A program made the translations under genes and the position numbers. Positions 18,867 to 28,613 of a stretch of 64,000 bases of DNA are shown piece by piece. Source of the stretch: Deltaproteobacteria bacterium. Its GTDB lineage: Bacteria > Myxococcota > Kuafuiibacteriia > Kuafuiibacteriales > Kuafuiibacteriaceae. Positions within the stretch are counted from its first letter, which is position 1, and every line of letters begins with the position of its first letter. The notes under the pieces were generated by a model. That model was not told the DNA's origin, made no database searches, and saw nothing but the letters and a program-made list of their open reading frames with translations. Where the stretch lies: NCBI GenBank assembly GCA_040218735.1, contig JAVJQW010000008.1, positions 416,001-480,000 on the forward strand, written 5' to 3'.

Positions 18867-19078
18867 CCGGCCTTCTTCTTCAGGAGTGCTCGCGCCCCCT
18901 CGAACGCGAGCCACAGCCACGGCGCCCCGTGCATCGCGAGGTCGCCCCAGTCCATCAGCTTCATCCCGTCCGCGCCGCCCGCGACCCAGCGGATCTTCCC
19001 GACCACGTGCGGCTCGGGGAGGTACGGCGCGAGGCCGAGCGTGGCGCAAGCGATCAGGGGGACGAGGAGGTTGCGCAT
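18863..19078 (-). CDS. Small conserved-type membrane protein
   Basis: TLGLAPYLPEPHVVGKIRW...DWGDLAMHGAPW, 71 aa. Confidence 0.75.
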   Translation of the reverse strand: MRNLLVPLIACATLGLAPYLPEPHVVGKIRWVAGGADGMKLMDWGDLAMHGAPWLWLAFEGARALLKKKAG

Positions 19079-19091
19079 CGTGGGGCGGGAT

Positions 19092-20426
19092 TCAGCCCGC
19101 TCCGGCGGTGGCGAGCAAGCGCTCACGAAACGCGGGGTCGAAGTACTGGATGCCCACGGACCCGTCGAGAGCCGGCCAGCCGCCCGCGGGTGCCGGGAGG
19201 TCGAAGCCCCGCTCGGCGAGGGCGCACGCGACGACGTGAGCGATCTTACTCGGGACTGCCGGGATGCGCATACGCGCGAGCGGCTCCCCGGGCGGCGCGC
19301 GGCCATCACCAAAGGCGCTGGCGAAGACCACTGGTGTGCGTCCCGTCTTCTGAACACGGCGCATCGCGCGAATGACGTCGTGCCCATCCGGTTCGGGCAT
19401 TACGTCATCGAGAATCACCAGATCCACGATGCGCTCCGACAGTCTGACGAACGCTTCGGCCCCTCCGTGCGCGCAGGTGACGTGCACCTCCGGGAAGCTC
19501 CGGCGCAATCCACGCGCAATGCCGCGCGTCGCAAGCACTTCGTCGTTGACGACGAGAACGTGCGGTCTGCGCGGTGGTATCACGCAGTCCTCGGCCCCCT
19601 CCGCCGCCTCGACCCTCGGTCCCGAGCGAGCTTTGAGATCGCCGACAACGGTCGGGTCGTAGCCACGCCGAGCGAGGGCAGCGCCGAATCGACCGCGAAG
19701 CGCCGCAATCGAATAGGGTTCGTTGAAGACTGCGAACGGTGCATAGGGTGCGAAGTCGAATTCCGAACAGTTCGTGCCTCGCTTGATCATGAGGTCGCTG
19801 ACACCATGGTCCGATCGAGCTCGGATCCGATCGAGTACGGCGAGTCCCCCTGGTGCTGGCAGGAACGAGTCCGCGAAGACCAGATCGAAGTTCTCACGCG
19901 AGAGGATGTCGATCGCCTCTTCCGCCGAACCTGTCCCGCGGAGTCGAAGGTACGGCCGAAACTTCCCGAGGTGGCGAGCCATGGAACGCAGAAGCGGCAA
20001 CTCATCTTCGATGATCAGCACGGAAGGACGCTCGTCGATGTTCGGGAGGTCATGAGCAAAGGAGCGTTCGTGAACGTCCTCGAGACGAACGCGGAGCGCC
20101 TCGGCGGCTTCGAAGGCAGAAGGTCGGTCCAGACCCTGCCGCCCGAGGTCCCGTCGGCGAGCGTGGCGTCCCGACTCGATCACCGCGACGCCCGGGGTGG
20201 GTTGAGGTTCCTTGGGGCCCTCGGGCATCACGGCCAGGGAGATGCGTTTCGGCGCCTCCTCGATCGATTCGACCATCGTGACGTCGGCGAACGCCGCAAC
20301 GACCCGGCGCCACAGTTTCACCGCATAGGTGTCTTCGTGGAGGACCAGCACGACCGCGGGGTCCTTCGATCGCGCCGGATGAATTCCGTGTTCGGAGAGG
20401 TCGATGGTCACGTCTTCGTAACTCAC
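19092..20426 (-). CDS. Multi-receiver response-regulator-like protein
   Basis: Two REC-like domains (VLIIEDE...FDLVFADSFLPAPGGL; VLVVNDE...VDLVILDDVMPEPDG...PVVFASA). Start uncertain. Confidence 0.7.
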   Translation of the reverse strand: MSYEDVTIDLSEHGIHPARSKDPAVVLVLHEDTYAVKLWRRVVAAFADVTMVESIEEAPKRISLAVMPEGPKEPQPTPGVAVIESGRHARRRDLGRQGLDRPSAFEAAEALRVRLEDVHERSFAHDLPNIDERPSVLIIEDELPLLRSMARHLGKFRPYLRLRGTGSAEEAIDILSRENFDLVFADSFLPAPGGLAVLDRIRARSDHGVSDLMIKRGTNCSEFDFAPYAPFAVFNEPYSIAALRGRFGAALARRGYDPTVVGDLKARSGPRVEAAEGAEDCVIPPRRPHVLVVNDEVLATRGIARGLRRSFPEVHVTCAHGGAEAFVRLSERIVDLVILDDVMPEPDGHDVIRAMRRVQKTGRTPVVFASAFGDGRAPPGEPLARMRIPAVPSKIAHVVACALAERGFDLPAPAGGWPALDGSVGIQYFDPAFRERLLATAGAG

Positions 20427-20499
20427 CGTTCGATCATGAGTTGGGTCGAGGTGTGCATTCGAGGCCCCGCGTAGGTGTCCACCCCCGATGGTCCAAGGA

Positions 20500-21315
20500 T
20501 CAGTTGCAGTCGAAGCCCTCGCCCCGCTCCGCGTCACTGACCGCCCCGTCACCATCATCGTCGTCGAAGTAGCTGTTTCGGTCGCAGACGGCGCCCGAAC
20601 CCGAGCCCTCGAAGTTGTCGTCGACGTCGTTGCGCACGAGGATCGAGTTGTTGCCGTCGTTGACGAGGTTCCCGAAGACGTCCACCTCCGCGACGAGGCA
20701 ATTGTTCGATCGGATGAGTAGGTTTCCGTCCACGACGGAGAAGACGAACGCCGCGGTGTTCAGGTCCATGGTCACGTTCCCCGTGACACGTACCCCGCGC
20801 ACCCTCGCGTTGTTTCCGGTGATCAACAAGTCACCGTCGATGATCGATTTGTCCGGGCCGTTGCCGTAGAGCGTCACGTCGTTGCCGTCGATCACCACGT
20901 CACCTTCGACCGCCTGCCCGTCGGTCTCCGCAGCGAACGTGATGACGGCGCCGTTGCCCTGCTGCGGGATCGTCGTGCCGCCGCCTTCCGCGATGGTGAC
21001 GTCGTCGGGGCCGCCGCCGTCGGTGTCCTCGTAACAGACGACCTCACGGACCTCGCCGTCGACCACGACGACATCGACGGGCCCTTCATCCGACTTGCAG
21101 TACTTGCCGCGGCGCTCGACGGGTGTGCACGTGTCGTCCGAGACCTGCACGCAGTCGTTGTCGCCGGAGGCCGTGGCGACCGAGCCTTCTCCGTCCGCGC
21201 CGCCGATCACGGTGACGTCGCCGTCCTCGTAGTCCTGGTAGGGCTGCTGAAAGAGGACGTCGTCGTCCCCGCACCCGAGGGCGAGCGTGAGGAGCCAGAG
21301 GGCCGAGCGCTTCAT
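20500..21315 (-). CDS. Acidic lipoprotein with probable right-handed beta-helix
   Basis: Lipobox ALGC; repeated G(D/N)(V/L)x(I/V)xGN units. Confidence 0.75.
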   Translation of the reverse strand: MKRSALWLLTLALGCGDDDVLFQQPYQDYEDGDVTVIGGADGEGSVATASGDNDCVQVSDDTCTPVERRGKYCKSDEGPVDVVVVDGEVREVVCYEDTDGGGPDDVTIAEGGGTTIPQQGNGAVITFAAETDGQAVEGDVVIDGNDVTLYGNGPDKSIIDGDLLITGNNARVRGVRVTGNVTMDLNTAAFVFSVVDGNLLIRSNNCLVAEVDVFGNLVNDGNNSILVRNDVDDNFEGSGSGAVCDRNSYFDDDDGDGAVSDAERGEGFDCN

Positions 21316-21395
21316 TCGCGCAGCGTGCCATCGAACGCCTCCCTCACCGGCGACGCGTGCGGCACAAGCGTATACGTTTCGACTTCAGGGGCGTG

Positions 21396-21872
21396 TCACG
21401 CGGTCGCGCGCGGGTCTTGTGGACCGTCGACCTGCACCACCTTCACCCCGTGGGACTCCAGGTACGCGCAGCCGTTCTCACCCACGTACCCACCCGTCAC
21501 GACGAGCACGCGCTGAATCCCTGCGTGGTGGATCAGCTTCGCGCACAGGAGGCACGGTTCGCCGGTCACCAGCAGCCACGCGTCGCGCGTGGGGACGCCG
21601 TTGGCGGCGGCGTTGCAGATGACGTTCATCTCGGCGTGGTGGCAGCCGATCTCCATGCGCGTCCCCGACTGTACGTTCATCGTGTCGCGGAGGCAGGCCG
21701 TGTCCCCGCAGAGCTCGCCGCCGCCGCGCGGGCCGCCGTTGTAGCCGTCCATCAGGACGACGTTGCGCGTCGGGTCGACGAGGAGCGCGCCGAACTTTCG
21801 GCGTGGGCAGTTCGACGCCTTCGCGAGGGCGAGGCACTGCTCGATGCGGATCTTGATGTGCTTTTCCTTCAT
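21396..21872 (-). CDS. dCMP deaminase / ComEB-family zinc deaminase
   Basis: SNCPRRKFGA, GYNG, HAEMN, PCLLC. Confidence 0.92.
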   Translation of the reverse strand: MKEKHIKIRIEQCLALAKASNCPRRKFGALLVDPTRNVVLMDGYNGGPRGGGELCGDTACLRDTMNVQSGTRMEIGCHHAEMNVICNAAANGVPTRDAWLLVTGEPCLLCAKLIHHAGIQRVLVVTGGYVGENGCAYLESHGVKVVQVDGPQDPRATA

Positions 21873-21922
21873 CGGAGGCTTCGCAGTCCTATCAGGTCGC
21901 CGATGCGGTATGAACCTCGACG

Positions 21923-23098
21923 ATGACGTCGAACCCCTTCGCCACTCCCGTCGCGAAGCCCACGCCGCAGCAGGGCGTCGCCCTCGTCGTCGCGCTCCTG
22001 CTCATCGCGTACGGGTTCGAGCACATCGGCTTCTATGGCTTCCGGGCGCACGCCATCACCGCGCTGGTCGACCAGCTCGGCTCCGACGACGTGTTCCAGG
22101 CCTACGGCACCCTCACGGGGGTCACCGTGTACGGGAGCCTCCTCGGCGGTCTCGTCGCCATTGCGACCGGCCCCCGCGTGCTCGTCCTCGCCGGGACGAT
22201 CTTGGCCGCGGTCGGGATGGGGCTGTTCGTCGTCGACCTCCACCTCGTCGGCGCGGGGCTCCTCACGCTCGGCGTCGTCCTCTACCGCGTGTGCATCCCC
22301 GCCTGGGTGATCCTCGGCGTTCGCCACCTCACCTTCGCGCGACGCGTCGGGATCCTCCTGCTGATGTACACCGCGATGAACGTCGGGTCGGGCCTCGGAC
22401 CGATCCTCGGCACCGCCCTCGGGGGGGCGTCGACCGAGCTCCCCTTCATCCTCATGTCGGCGGCGATGCTCATCGCGTTCGGCGGCTTCCTCGCCGCCTA
22501 CCTCCGGCAACGCCAGTTCGACGAGGCCCCCCGCCCCGCCCCTCGCGGCCTCGTGGCGTGGTTGCTCGCGCTCCTGCTCGCGTCGTTGGTCGCCGCGCTC
22601 ACCAGTCGCCAATCGATGGACGTCCTGCGCGGCGCCGACATGCAGTGGGGCACCGCGATCGGCCCGGTCGGAGGGCTCGTCTTCGCGCTCGCCGTCGGCG
22701 TCGTCGCGACGATCGGTGCGGCCAACGTCGCCCGGTCCTACGCGGTCCTCGCGGTCTTGGTGCTCACCCCCGTCGGCGGTCTGCTCGCGGTGGCCGGCGG
22801 CACGTTCAACAGCGTCGTGGCCGCGATGGTCGGTGCCGTGACGATCGCTCTCGCCGAGACCCTGTGCTCCGCCGTCGCGCTCGCGCTCATCGCGGGGGTG
22901 CGTCCGCGGTTCGTCGCGGCCGTCGTCGGTGGTTGGATCACGATCCGCGCGCTCACCTACCAGGTCGGGGAGGCGGCCGGTGATCTGACACTCTTCGCGT
23001 TGATCGCCGCGATCGCCGCGTCGTTCCTCGCCCTCGCCGTCGCGTTGAAGTTCCGGCGGTCGATCGATGAGCCCCCCGCAACGCCGAATGCGGTATGA
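21923..23098 (+). CDS. MFS-type membrane protein, degenerate POT/PTR2-like
   Basis: About 12 hydrophobic segments; 'FEHIGFYGFRA' resembles the POT ERFxYYG motif; 'YTAMNVGS' resembles the POT YxxxNxGS. Confidence 0.6.
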   Translation: MTSNPFATPVAKPTPQQGVALVVALLLIAYGFEHIGFYGFRAHAITALVDQLGSDDVFQAYGTLTGVTVYGSLLGGLVAIATGPRVLVLAGTILAAVGMGLFVVDLHLVGAGLLTLGVVLYRVCIPAWVILGVRHLTFARRVGILLLMYTAMNVGSGLGPILGTALGGASTELPFILMSAAMLIAFGGFLAAYLRQRQFDEAPRPAPRGLVAWLLALLLASLVAALTSRQSMDVLRGADMQWGTAIGPVGGLVFALAVGVVATIGAANVARSYAVLAVLVLTPVGGLLAVAGGTFNSVVAAMVGAVTIALAETLCSAVALALIAGVRPRFVAAVVGGWITIRALTYQVGEAAGDLTLFALIAAIAASFLALAVALKFRRSIDEPPATPNAV

Positions 23099-25728
23099 CG
23101 CCGCCCATGGCTTCCTCGCGCCGACTCGTCCTCGTCGACGGCACCGCGATGATCTATCGCGCGTACTTCGCGATCCCCGGGCACCTGTCCACCGCGTTCG
23201 GCCTCCACACCAACGCGATCTACGGCTTCGCGACGATGTTCCAGAAGCTGTTCGCACAACGGAAGCCCGACTTCGGCGCGGTCGTGTTCGACGCCCCCGG
23301 CAAGACGTTCCGCGACGAACAATACGAGGACTACAAAGCGGACCGCGCGCCGATGGAGGACAAACTCAAGGCGCAGCTCCCGTGGATCACACGCCTCGTC
23401 GAAGCGCAGAACTTCCACATCCTGAAGGTGCCCGGCTACGAGGCCGACGACGTCATCGGCACCCTTACGAAGCAGGCGCGCGCCGAGGGGATCGAGGTGC
23501 TGATCGTCTCCGCCGACAAGGACTTCTCACAACTCATCGACGACGACGTGAAGATGTTCGATCCGATGCGCGACGTGACTTACGACGCCGTGCTCGTGAA
23601 GAAGAAGTGGGGCGTCCCGCCGTCGCAGTTCATCGATCTGCTCGCGCTCCTCGGCGACAAGATCGACAACATCCCAGGCGTCCCCGGGATCGGTAAGAAG
23701 GGCGCCGCCGATCTCCTCACCAAGTACGGCTCGCTCGACGCCACCCTCGAACACCTCGACGAGCTCTCCACGCGCTACAAGAACGCGCTCACCGAGCACC
23801 GCGAGGACGCGAAGCTCAGCCAGCAGCTCGCCACCATCGACCAGGCCGTCCCCCTCGAGGAGACGGTCTCGGACCTCGTGCTCGAGGCGCCCTCCGTCGA
23901 AGTCCTCAACGCGCTCTACCGCGAGCTCGAGTTCTACTCGCTCCTCGAAGGTGAAGATCTCCCCGACGTCGACGCGAAGAAGATCGAGATCGTCGAAGAC
24001 GTCGCGCCGCTGGTCGAAGCGCTCCACGCCGCGAAGGACGTCGCGGTCGCGGCGATCCACGAGAAACCCAGCGCGATCGTCGGGGCCTGGGTCGGCGCGG
24101 CGTTCAGCTTCGACGACCGCATCGTCTACGTCCCGCTCGACGACGACCGCATCACCCAGCTCGCACCCTGGTTCGCCTCCGACGTTCCGAAGGTGACCCA
24201 CGACGTGAAGTCGCTGTGGCACCTCGTCCGCCGCGCCGGCCACCCGCTGAACGGCGTCGTGTTCGACACGATGCTCGCGTCGTATCTCGTCGACCCCGTC
24301 GCGAGCATCCCGCACCGGCTCGAACAGCTCGTGAAGGTTCACCTGCACCGGACGCTGTCGCCGGTGAAGCGCATCATCGGCGCCGGGAAGTCGGAGAAGA
24401 AGTTCGCCGAAGTGGCCGTCGATGATCTCGCGCCGTACGCCGCCGAGATCGTCGGCGCGATCCGCGAGACCTGGCCCAAACTCACGAAGCGCATCGACGA
24501 AGAGGGCCACGCGGAGAAACTCGCGAACACCGAGCTTCCGCTGTCGTTCGTGCTCGGCCGGCTCGAGGAGGACGGCGTGCTGATCGACGTCGAAGATCTC
24601 GAACGCATCGGCGCCGAGCTCGCGGAGCGCCTCGCGGATCTCGAGGAGCGCATCTACGAAATCGCCGGGGAGAGGTTCAACGTCGCATCCACGAAGCAGC
24701 TGAGTCACATCCTCTTCGAGAAGCTGGAGCTCCCGGTGATCAAGAGGACGAAGACCGGTTATTCGACCGCCGTCGACGTCCTGGAGCGCCTCGCCAAGAA
24801 ACACGAGATCGCGGCGCTACTCATCGACCACCGAAAAGTCTCCAAACTCATCAGCACGTACACCAACGTCCTCGTCGAAGCCGTCGACCCCTCGACGAAG
24901 CGCGTTCACGCGTCCTACCAGCAGACCGTCGCCACGACCGGCCGCATCATCTCGACGGACCCGGATCTCCAACGCACCCCGACCAAGACCGAGGACGGCA
25001 AACGAATCCGCCGCGCGTTCATCGCGCCCGAAGGTCACAAACTCATCTCCGCTGACTGGAGTCAGATCGAGCTGAGGATCCTCGCGCACGTCAGCGAGGA
25101 CGAACACCTGATCGAGGCGTTCACCACCGAGACGGACATCCACCGTCGCACGGCGGCGCAGCTCTTCGACGTCGCGCCCGAGGACGTGGACGAAGCGCAG
25201 CGACGCGTCGGTAAGACGGTGAACTTCGCGACGATCTACGGGCAGGGCGCGACCGCGCTCGGGCAGATCCTCGACGTCCCGCGCAAGGAGGCGGAGCGCT
25301 ACATCGCGGCCTACTTCGAATATTACGCGGGCGTGCGGAGCTGGTTGGTCGCGACGATGGAACGCGCCGAGGAGGACGGCTTCGTCACCACGCTGTTCGG
25401 GCGGCGGCGTTACATCCCGGAGCTGTCCAGCAACAACGTCATGGACCGACAGACCGGTCTGCGGATGGCCGCCAACACGCCGATCCAGGGGTCGGCCGCG
25501 GACATCATGAAGCAGACGATGCTCGATATCGCCCGCGCGCTCGAGACCGAGGCGCTCGCGTCGCGAATGGTGCTCCAGATCCACGACGAGATCGTGTTCG
25601 AGTCGCCGGAATCGGAGGTCGACCGCGTCGGTTCCTTGGCGAGGGAGAAGATGCAGTCCGTGGTGTCTCTGCGTGTGCCGCTGGTGGTCGACGTCGGCGT
25701 CGGCGCCACCTGGGCCGACGCACATTGA
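23095..25728 (+). CDS. polA: DNA polymerase I (divergent; 3'-5' exonuclease degenerate)
   Basis: 5' nuclease LVDG..MIYRAYFA, GYEADDVIGTL, DKD; motif A ADWSQIELRILAH, motif B KTVNFATIYG, motif C QIHDEIVFE. Confidence 0.95.
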   Translation: MTPPMASSRRLVLVDGTAMIYRAYFAIPGHLSTAFGLHTNAIYGFATMFQKLFAQRKPDFGAVVFDAPGKTFRDEQYEDYKADRAPMEDKLKAQLPWITRLVEAQNFHILKVPGYEADDVIGTLTKQARAEGIEVLIVSADKDFSQLIDDDVKMFDPMRDVTYDAVLVKKKWGVPPSQFIDLLALLGDKIDNIPGVPGIGKKGAADLLTKYGSLDATLEHLDELSTRYKNALTEHREDAKLSQQLATIDQAVPLEETVSDLVLEAPSVEVLNALYRELEFYSLLEGEDLPDVDAKKIEIVEDVAPLVEALHAAKDVAVAAIHEKPSAIVGAWVGAAFSFDDRIVYVPLDDDRITQLAPWFASDVPKVTHDVKSLWHLVRRAGHPLNGVVFDTMLASYLVDPVASIPHRLEQLVKVHLHRTLSPVKRIIGAGKSEKKFAEVAVDDLAPYAAEIVGAIRETWPKLTKRIDEEGHAEKLANTELPLSFVLGRLEEDGVLIDVEDLERIGAELAERLADLEERIYEIAGERFNVASTKQLSHILFEKLELPVIKRTKTGYSTAVDVLERLAKKHEIAALLIDHRKVSKLISTYTNVLVEAVDPSTKRVHASYQQTVATTGRIISTDPDLQRTPTKTEDGKRIRRAFIAPEGHKLISADWSQIELRILAHVSEDEHLIEAFTTETDIHRRTAAQLFDVAPEDVDEAQRRVGKTVNFATIYGQGATALGQILDVPRKEAERYIAAYFEYYAGVRSWLVATMERAEEDGFVTTLFGRRRYIPELSSNNVMDRQTGLRMAANTPIQGSAADIMKQTMLDIARALETEALASRMVLQIHDEIVFESPESEVDRVGSLAREKMQSVVSLRVPLVVDVGVGATWADAH

Positions 25729-25757
25729 GGTATGGTTCGACCGATGGAGACGTGTGA

Positions 25758-26660
25758 ATGAAACTCCCGTCGCTGTCCGCGCTTCGTGCGTTCGAAGCGG
25801 CCGCGCGTCACCTCTCCTTCACGCGCGCCGCGGAGGAGCTGTGCGTGACCCAGGCCGCGGTGAGTCATCAGGTGCGTGCGCTCGAAGAGGAGCTCGGGCA
25901 CGCGCTCTTCAACCGGCACCCCCGGCGGGTTTCGCTCACCGAGGAGGGGCGCATCCTCTCGCAAGCGGCGTCGTCCGCGTTCTCGGAGATCGCGTACGGC
26001 GTCGAGGCGATGGCCCAGGCCGGGCACACCGGCGCGGTGAACGTGAGCGTGTCGCCGTCGCTGGCGGTGAAGTGGCTGCTGCCGCGGCTCGACGACTTCC
26101 GTGAGAGTCACCCGGAGATCGACGTCCGCATCTCGGCGAACGACCGCCTGATCGACCCGGTGCGCGAGGGGGTCGACCTGTGCATCCGTTACGGGCCCGG
26201 CAACTACCCGGGCCTGGAGACGACGTTGCTCATGAAGGATCAGGTGTACCCGGTGTGCAGCCCGGCCCTGAAGCGTGAGCTGTCGTCGCCGGCCGACCTC
26301 TCCGAGGTCGTCCTGCTGCAGGACGAGATGATGATCGAGGACGACAGCCGCCCGGACTGGAAGAAGTGGTTCGAAGCCGCGGGTGTCGAGGATCCTTGCA
26401 AAGGCGAGACGATCCGCTTCTCCCACGCGGTCATGATGATCGACGCCGCGCTGGCCGGTCAGGGGGTTGCCCTCGGCCGGAGCACCCTCGTGGCCGACGA
26501 TCTGGAGCAGGGGCGCCTCGTGAGGCCCTTCGAGCCCTATTTCGAGTCCGCTTTTGCGTACTGGGTGGCGGTGCCGAAAGGTGCGGTGCTCGGGCCGAAG
26601 ATCACTGCATTCCGGGAGTGGTTGTTAGCTCAGGCCGGGACGGGTGCCCCCACCGGGTGA
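25758..26660 (+). CDS. gcvA: GcvA-like LysR regulator
   Basis: LPSLSALRAFEAAARHLSFTRAAEELCVTQAAVSHQVRALEE; KWLLPRL; AALAGQGVAL. Confidence 0.85.
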   Translation: MKLPSLSALRAFEAAARHLSFTRAAEELCVTQAAVSHQVRALEEELGHALFNRHPRRVSLTEEGRILSQAASSAFSEIAYGVEAMAQAGHTGAVNVSVSPSLAVKWLLPRLDDFRESHPEIDVRISANDRLIDPVREGVDLCIRYGPGNYPGLETTLLMKDQVYPVCSPALKRELSSPADLSEVVLLQDEMMIEDDSRPDWKKWFEAAGVEDPCKGETIRFSHAVMMIDAALAGQGVALGRSTLVADDLEQGRLVRPFEPYFESAFAYWVAVPKGAVLGPKITAFREWLLAQAGTGAPTG

Positions 26661-26702
26661 CGGACTGGCGATTGACCGCCCGCCCTGACGATAATCGGGC
26701 CC

Positions 26703-28613
26703 GTGGCGCGGATCTGCCCCACATGCCCGTCGGTCCTGTCGTCGGCGAACGCGAAGTGCCCCGTCCACGACACCAGTGTGGACGGTGACGACCCGTTCGT
26801 TGGGCGTTCGCTCGGCGAGTACCGGATCGCGAGTCGGCTGCGCGCGGAGCGTGGGGGTGTGTGGTACCGCGCGGTCGACGATCGCTCGAACCGGTTCGAT
26901 GCACTGATCGGCTACGGCGAGATCAACCGTGACGATCTCGCCCGCGCGACGCAGGAGGCTGGGCGTGCCGCGCAGCTCTCCGAGGCACGCGTGGCGCGCA
27001 TCGTCGCGACCGGGTCGACGACCGGTGGCCCGCCCTATCTGATCTACGAGACAACGAGCGGTCCGAACCTCGCCAACCTGGTGGAGCACGGCGGGGCGTT
27101 CGACCTCTCCCGAGCCGTCAAGACGATGCGCGCGGTCTGCGAGGCGCTCGCAGCGGCCGACGCCTGGGAGCTCTCGCACCTCGGTCTGACGCCGAAGCTC
27201 ATCACGCTCGACGGCGAGAATGCGATCATCACCGGGTTCGGCGCCGCCGCGCTTCGCCGTCTCGCCGGTGCGCCGGTGGACAGCGAGTGGTTGGGGCCGG
27301 TCGCGACCACGGAGCCGTCGTTCACCGACGATGTCTACGCGCTGGGTGCGCTCTTCCACGCGCTGTTGTTCGGCACGCCGCCCGGTGACGTCCCGAACGA
27401 GCTACCGCGGGATCCGACGCTCGGGCGCCTGCTCGCGCGCATGGTCGCGAAGGATCGTTCGGCGCGTCCGACCAGCGTCGACGAGCTGCTCGAGGAGCTC
27501 GTCGAGCGTCCGCGTCCGCGGTTGGCTTCGGACCTGACCATGCCGCCCGAGAAGGGTGTGAACACGTACATCCTCGAGGCGGGCGCGGTGCCACGAGAGC
27601 GCGTGGCGGTCGCCGCAGCGGGGCTCGACATCGCGAAGGCTCCGCAGGCGCGACAGGACACGGCGCCGATGCCGTCCGGCACGTTCAACGACAAGGGCGC
27701 TGCGGGTGTCGCGCCGTTGCCGCCCGACAAGAAGGCGCTGCCCGATCGCGCCAAGACGCGGATCCTCCCCAACAGGGAGCCCGCCGCGAACGAGCGACGC
27801 ATCGAGACGCTCGTCGTGCGGCCCCGCGGCCTGCCGTCCTCGCCTCGGCCCGCGATCGAGCAACGACCGCTGGAGCCGGAGCCGGAGCGACCGACGACAC
27901 CGATGGCGTCTGCGGCGCCGATCGTGCTCGACGACGACGACATCGAGCCGCTCGATCCGCCGCGCTCCCGCACCGGCGCGTTCTTGCTCGTGGCCTTCGC
28001 GGCGTGCGCTGCGCTCCTCGGGGTGTGGCTCGCGCTGGACAGCGAAGAAGCGCCGCCGATCGAGGTGGCAGCGAGCGCCGTCGAGGCGCCGACGAAGGTC
28101 GTCGAGGCGCCGCCTCCGATCGAGCCGGTGGGTTCCGCGGAGACGGAGCTGTTGCCGGAGGGTGATGCGCTGCCGGACGGTGATGCACCGGTCGAGCCTC
28201 GGAAGGTCGCGCAAGTCGTCTTGCGGATCGACTCCGAACCGCAGGGTGCGGTGGTGTACCTGACGAACGGCTCTGCGGTGCTCGGCGAGACGCCGTTCGA
28301 GATTCGCCGAGATGCGTCGGACGAGCGAATGGGGTTCGAGCTACGGCTCGACGGCTACAAACCTTCGCTCGCGACGATGTCGGCGAACGAGGACGGCCGC
28401 ATCGAGGTGGTGATGGAGAAGCTCGCCGCGCGGCCTCCGCCGCCGAAGGCTGAGCCGCCGCCCACGAGGCCCGCACCGCCGCCCGAGCGGGTCTCGACGA
28501 CGCGTCCTCCGCCCAAGAAGATACGACGACGTGTGCGGCGACGCCGAACCCGCGCGAAGGAGAACCGGAAGACCTTGGAGCGTGGGACGCTCCTGGATCC
28601 GTTCAGCGAGTGA
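26703..28613 (+). CDS. Membrane Ser/Thr pseudokinase with N-terminal Zn ribbon and periplasmic PEGA domain
   Basis: CPTC..CPVH; kinase fold with HRD changed to HLG and DFG to GFG; TM GAFLLVAFAACAALLGVWLAL; PEGA RIDSEPQGAVV..GETP; C-terminal DPF. Confidence 0.8.
   Translation: MARICPTCPSVLSSANAKCPVHDTSVDGDDPFVGRSLGEYRIASRLRAERGGVWYRAVDDRSNRFDALIGYGEINRDDLARATQEAGRAAQLSEARVARIVATGSTTGGPPYLIYETTSGPNLANLVEHGGAFDLSRAVKTMRAVCEALAAADAWELSHLGLTPKLITLDGENAIITGFGAAALRRLAGAPVDSEWLGPVATTEPSFTDDVYALGALFHALLFGTPPGDVPNELPRDPTLGRLLARMVAKDRSARPTSVDELLEELVERPRPRLASDLTMPPEKGVNTYILEAGAVPRERVAVAAAGLDIAKAPQARQDTAPMPSGTFNDKGAAGVAPLPPDKKALPDRAKTRILPNREPAANERRIETLVVRPRGLPSSPRPAIEQRPLEPEPERPTTPMASAAPIVLDDDDIEPLDPPRSRTGAFLLVAFAACAALLGVWLALDSEEAPPIEVAASAVEAPTKVVEAPPPIEPVGSAETELLPEGDALPDGDAPVEPRKVAQVVLRIDSEPQGAVVYLTNGSAVLGETPFEIRRDASDERMGFELRLDGYKPSLATMSANEDGRIEVVMEKLAARPPPPKAEPPPTRPAPPPERVSTTRPPPKKIRRRVRRRRTRAKENRKTLERGTLLDPFSE

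Noticed and set aside
21316-21330. TGGCACG upstream of the 21315 lipoprotein as a sigma54 promoter
   Set aside because: The -12 position reads GCGAA, with no GC at the required spacing; CACGCT as a -10 box explains it better.
21396-25728. dCMP deaminase plus polA as a prophage or anti-phage dCTP-depletion module
   Set aside because: Short single-domain deaminase without a kinase fusion; the polymerase has a cellular 5' nuclease; no phage or defence genes nearby.
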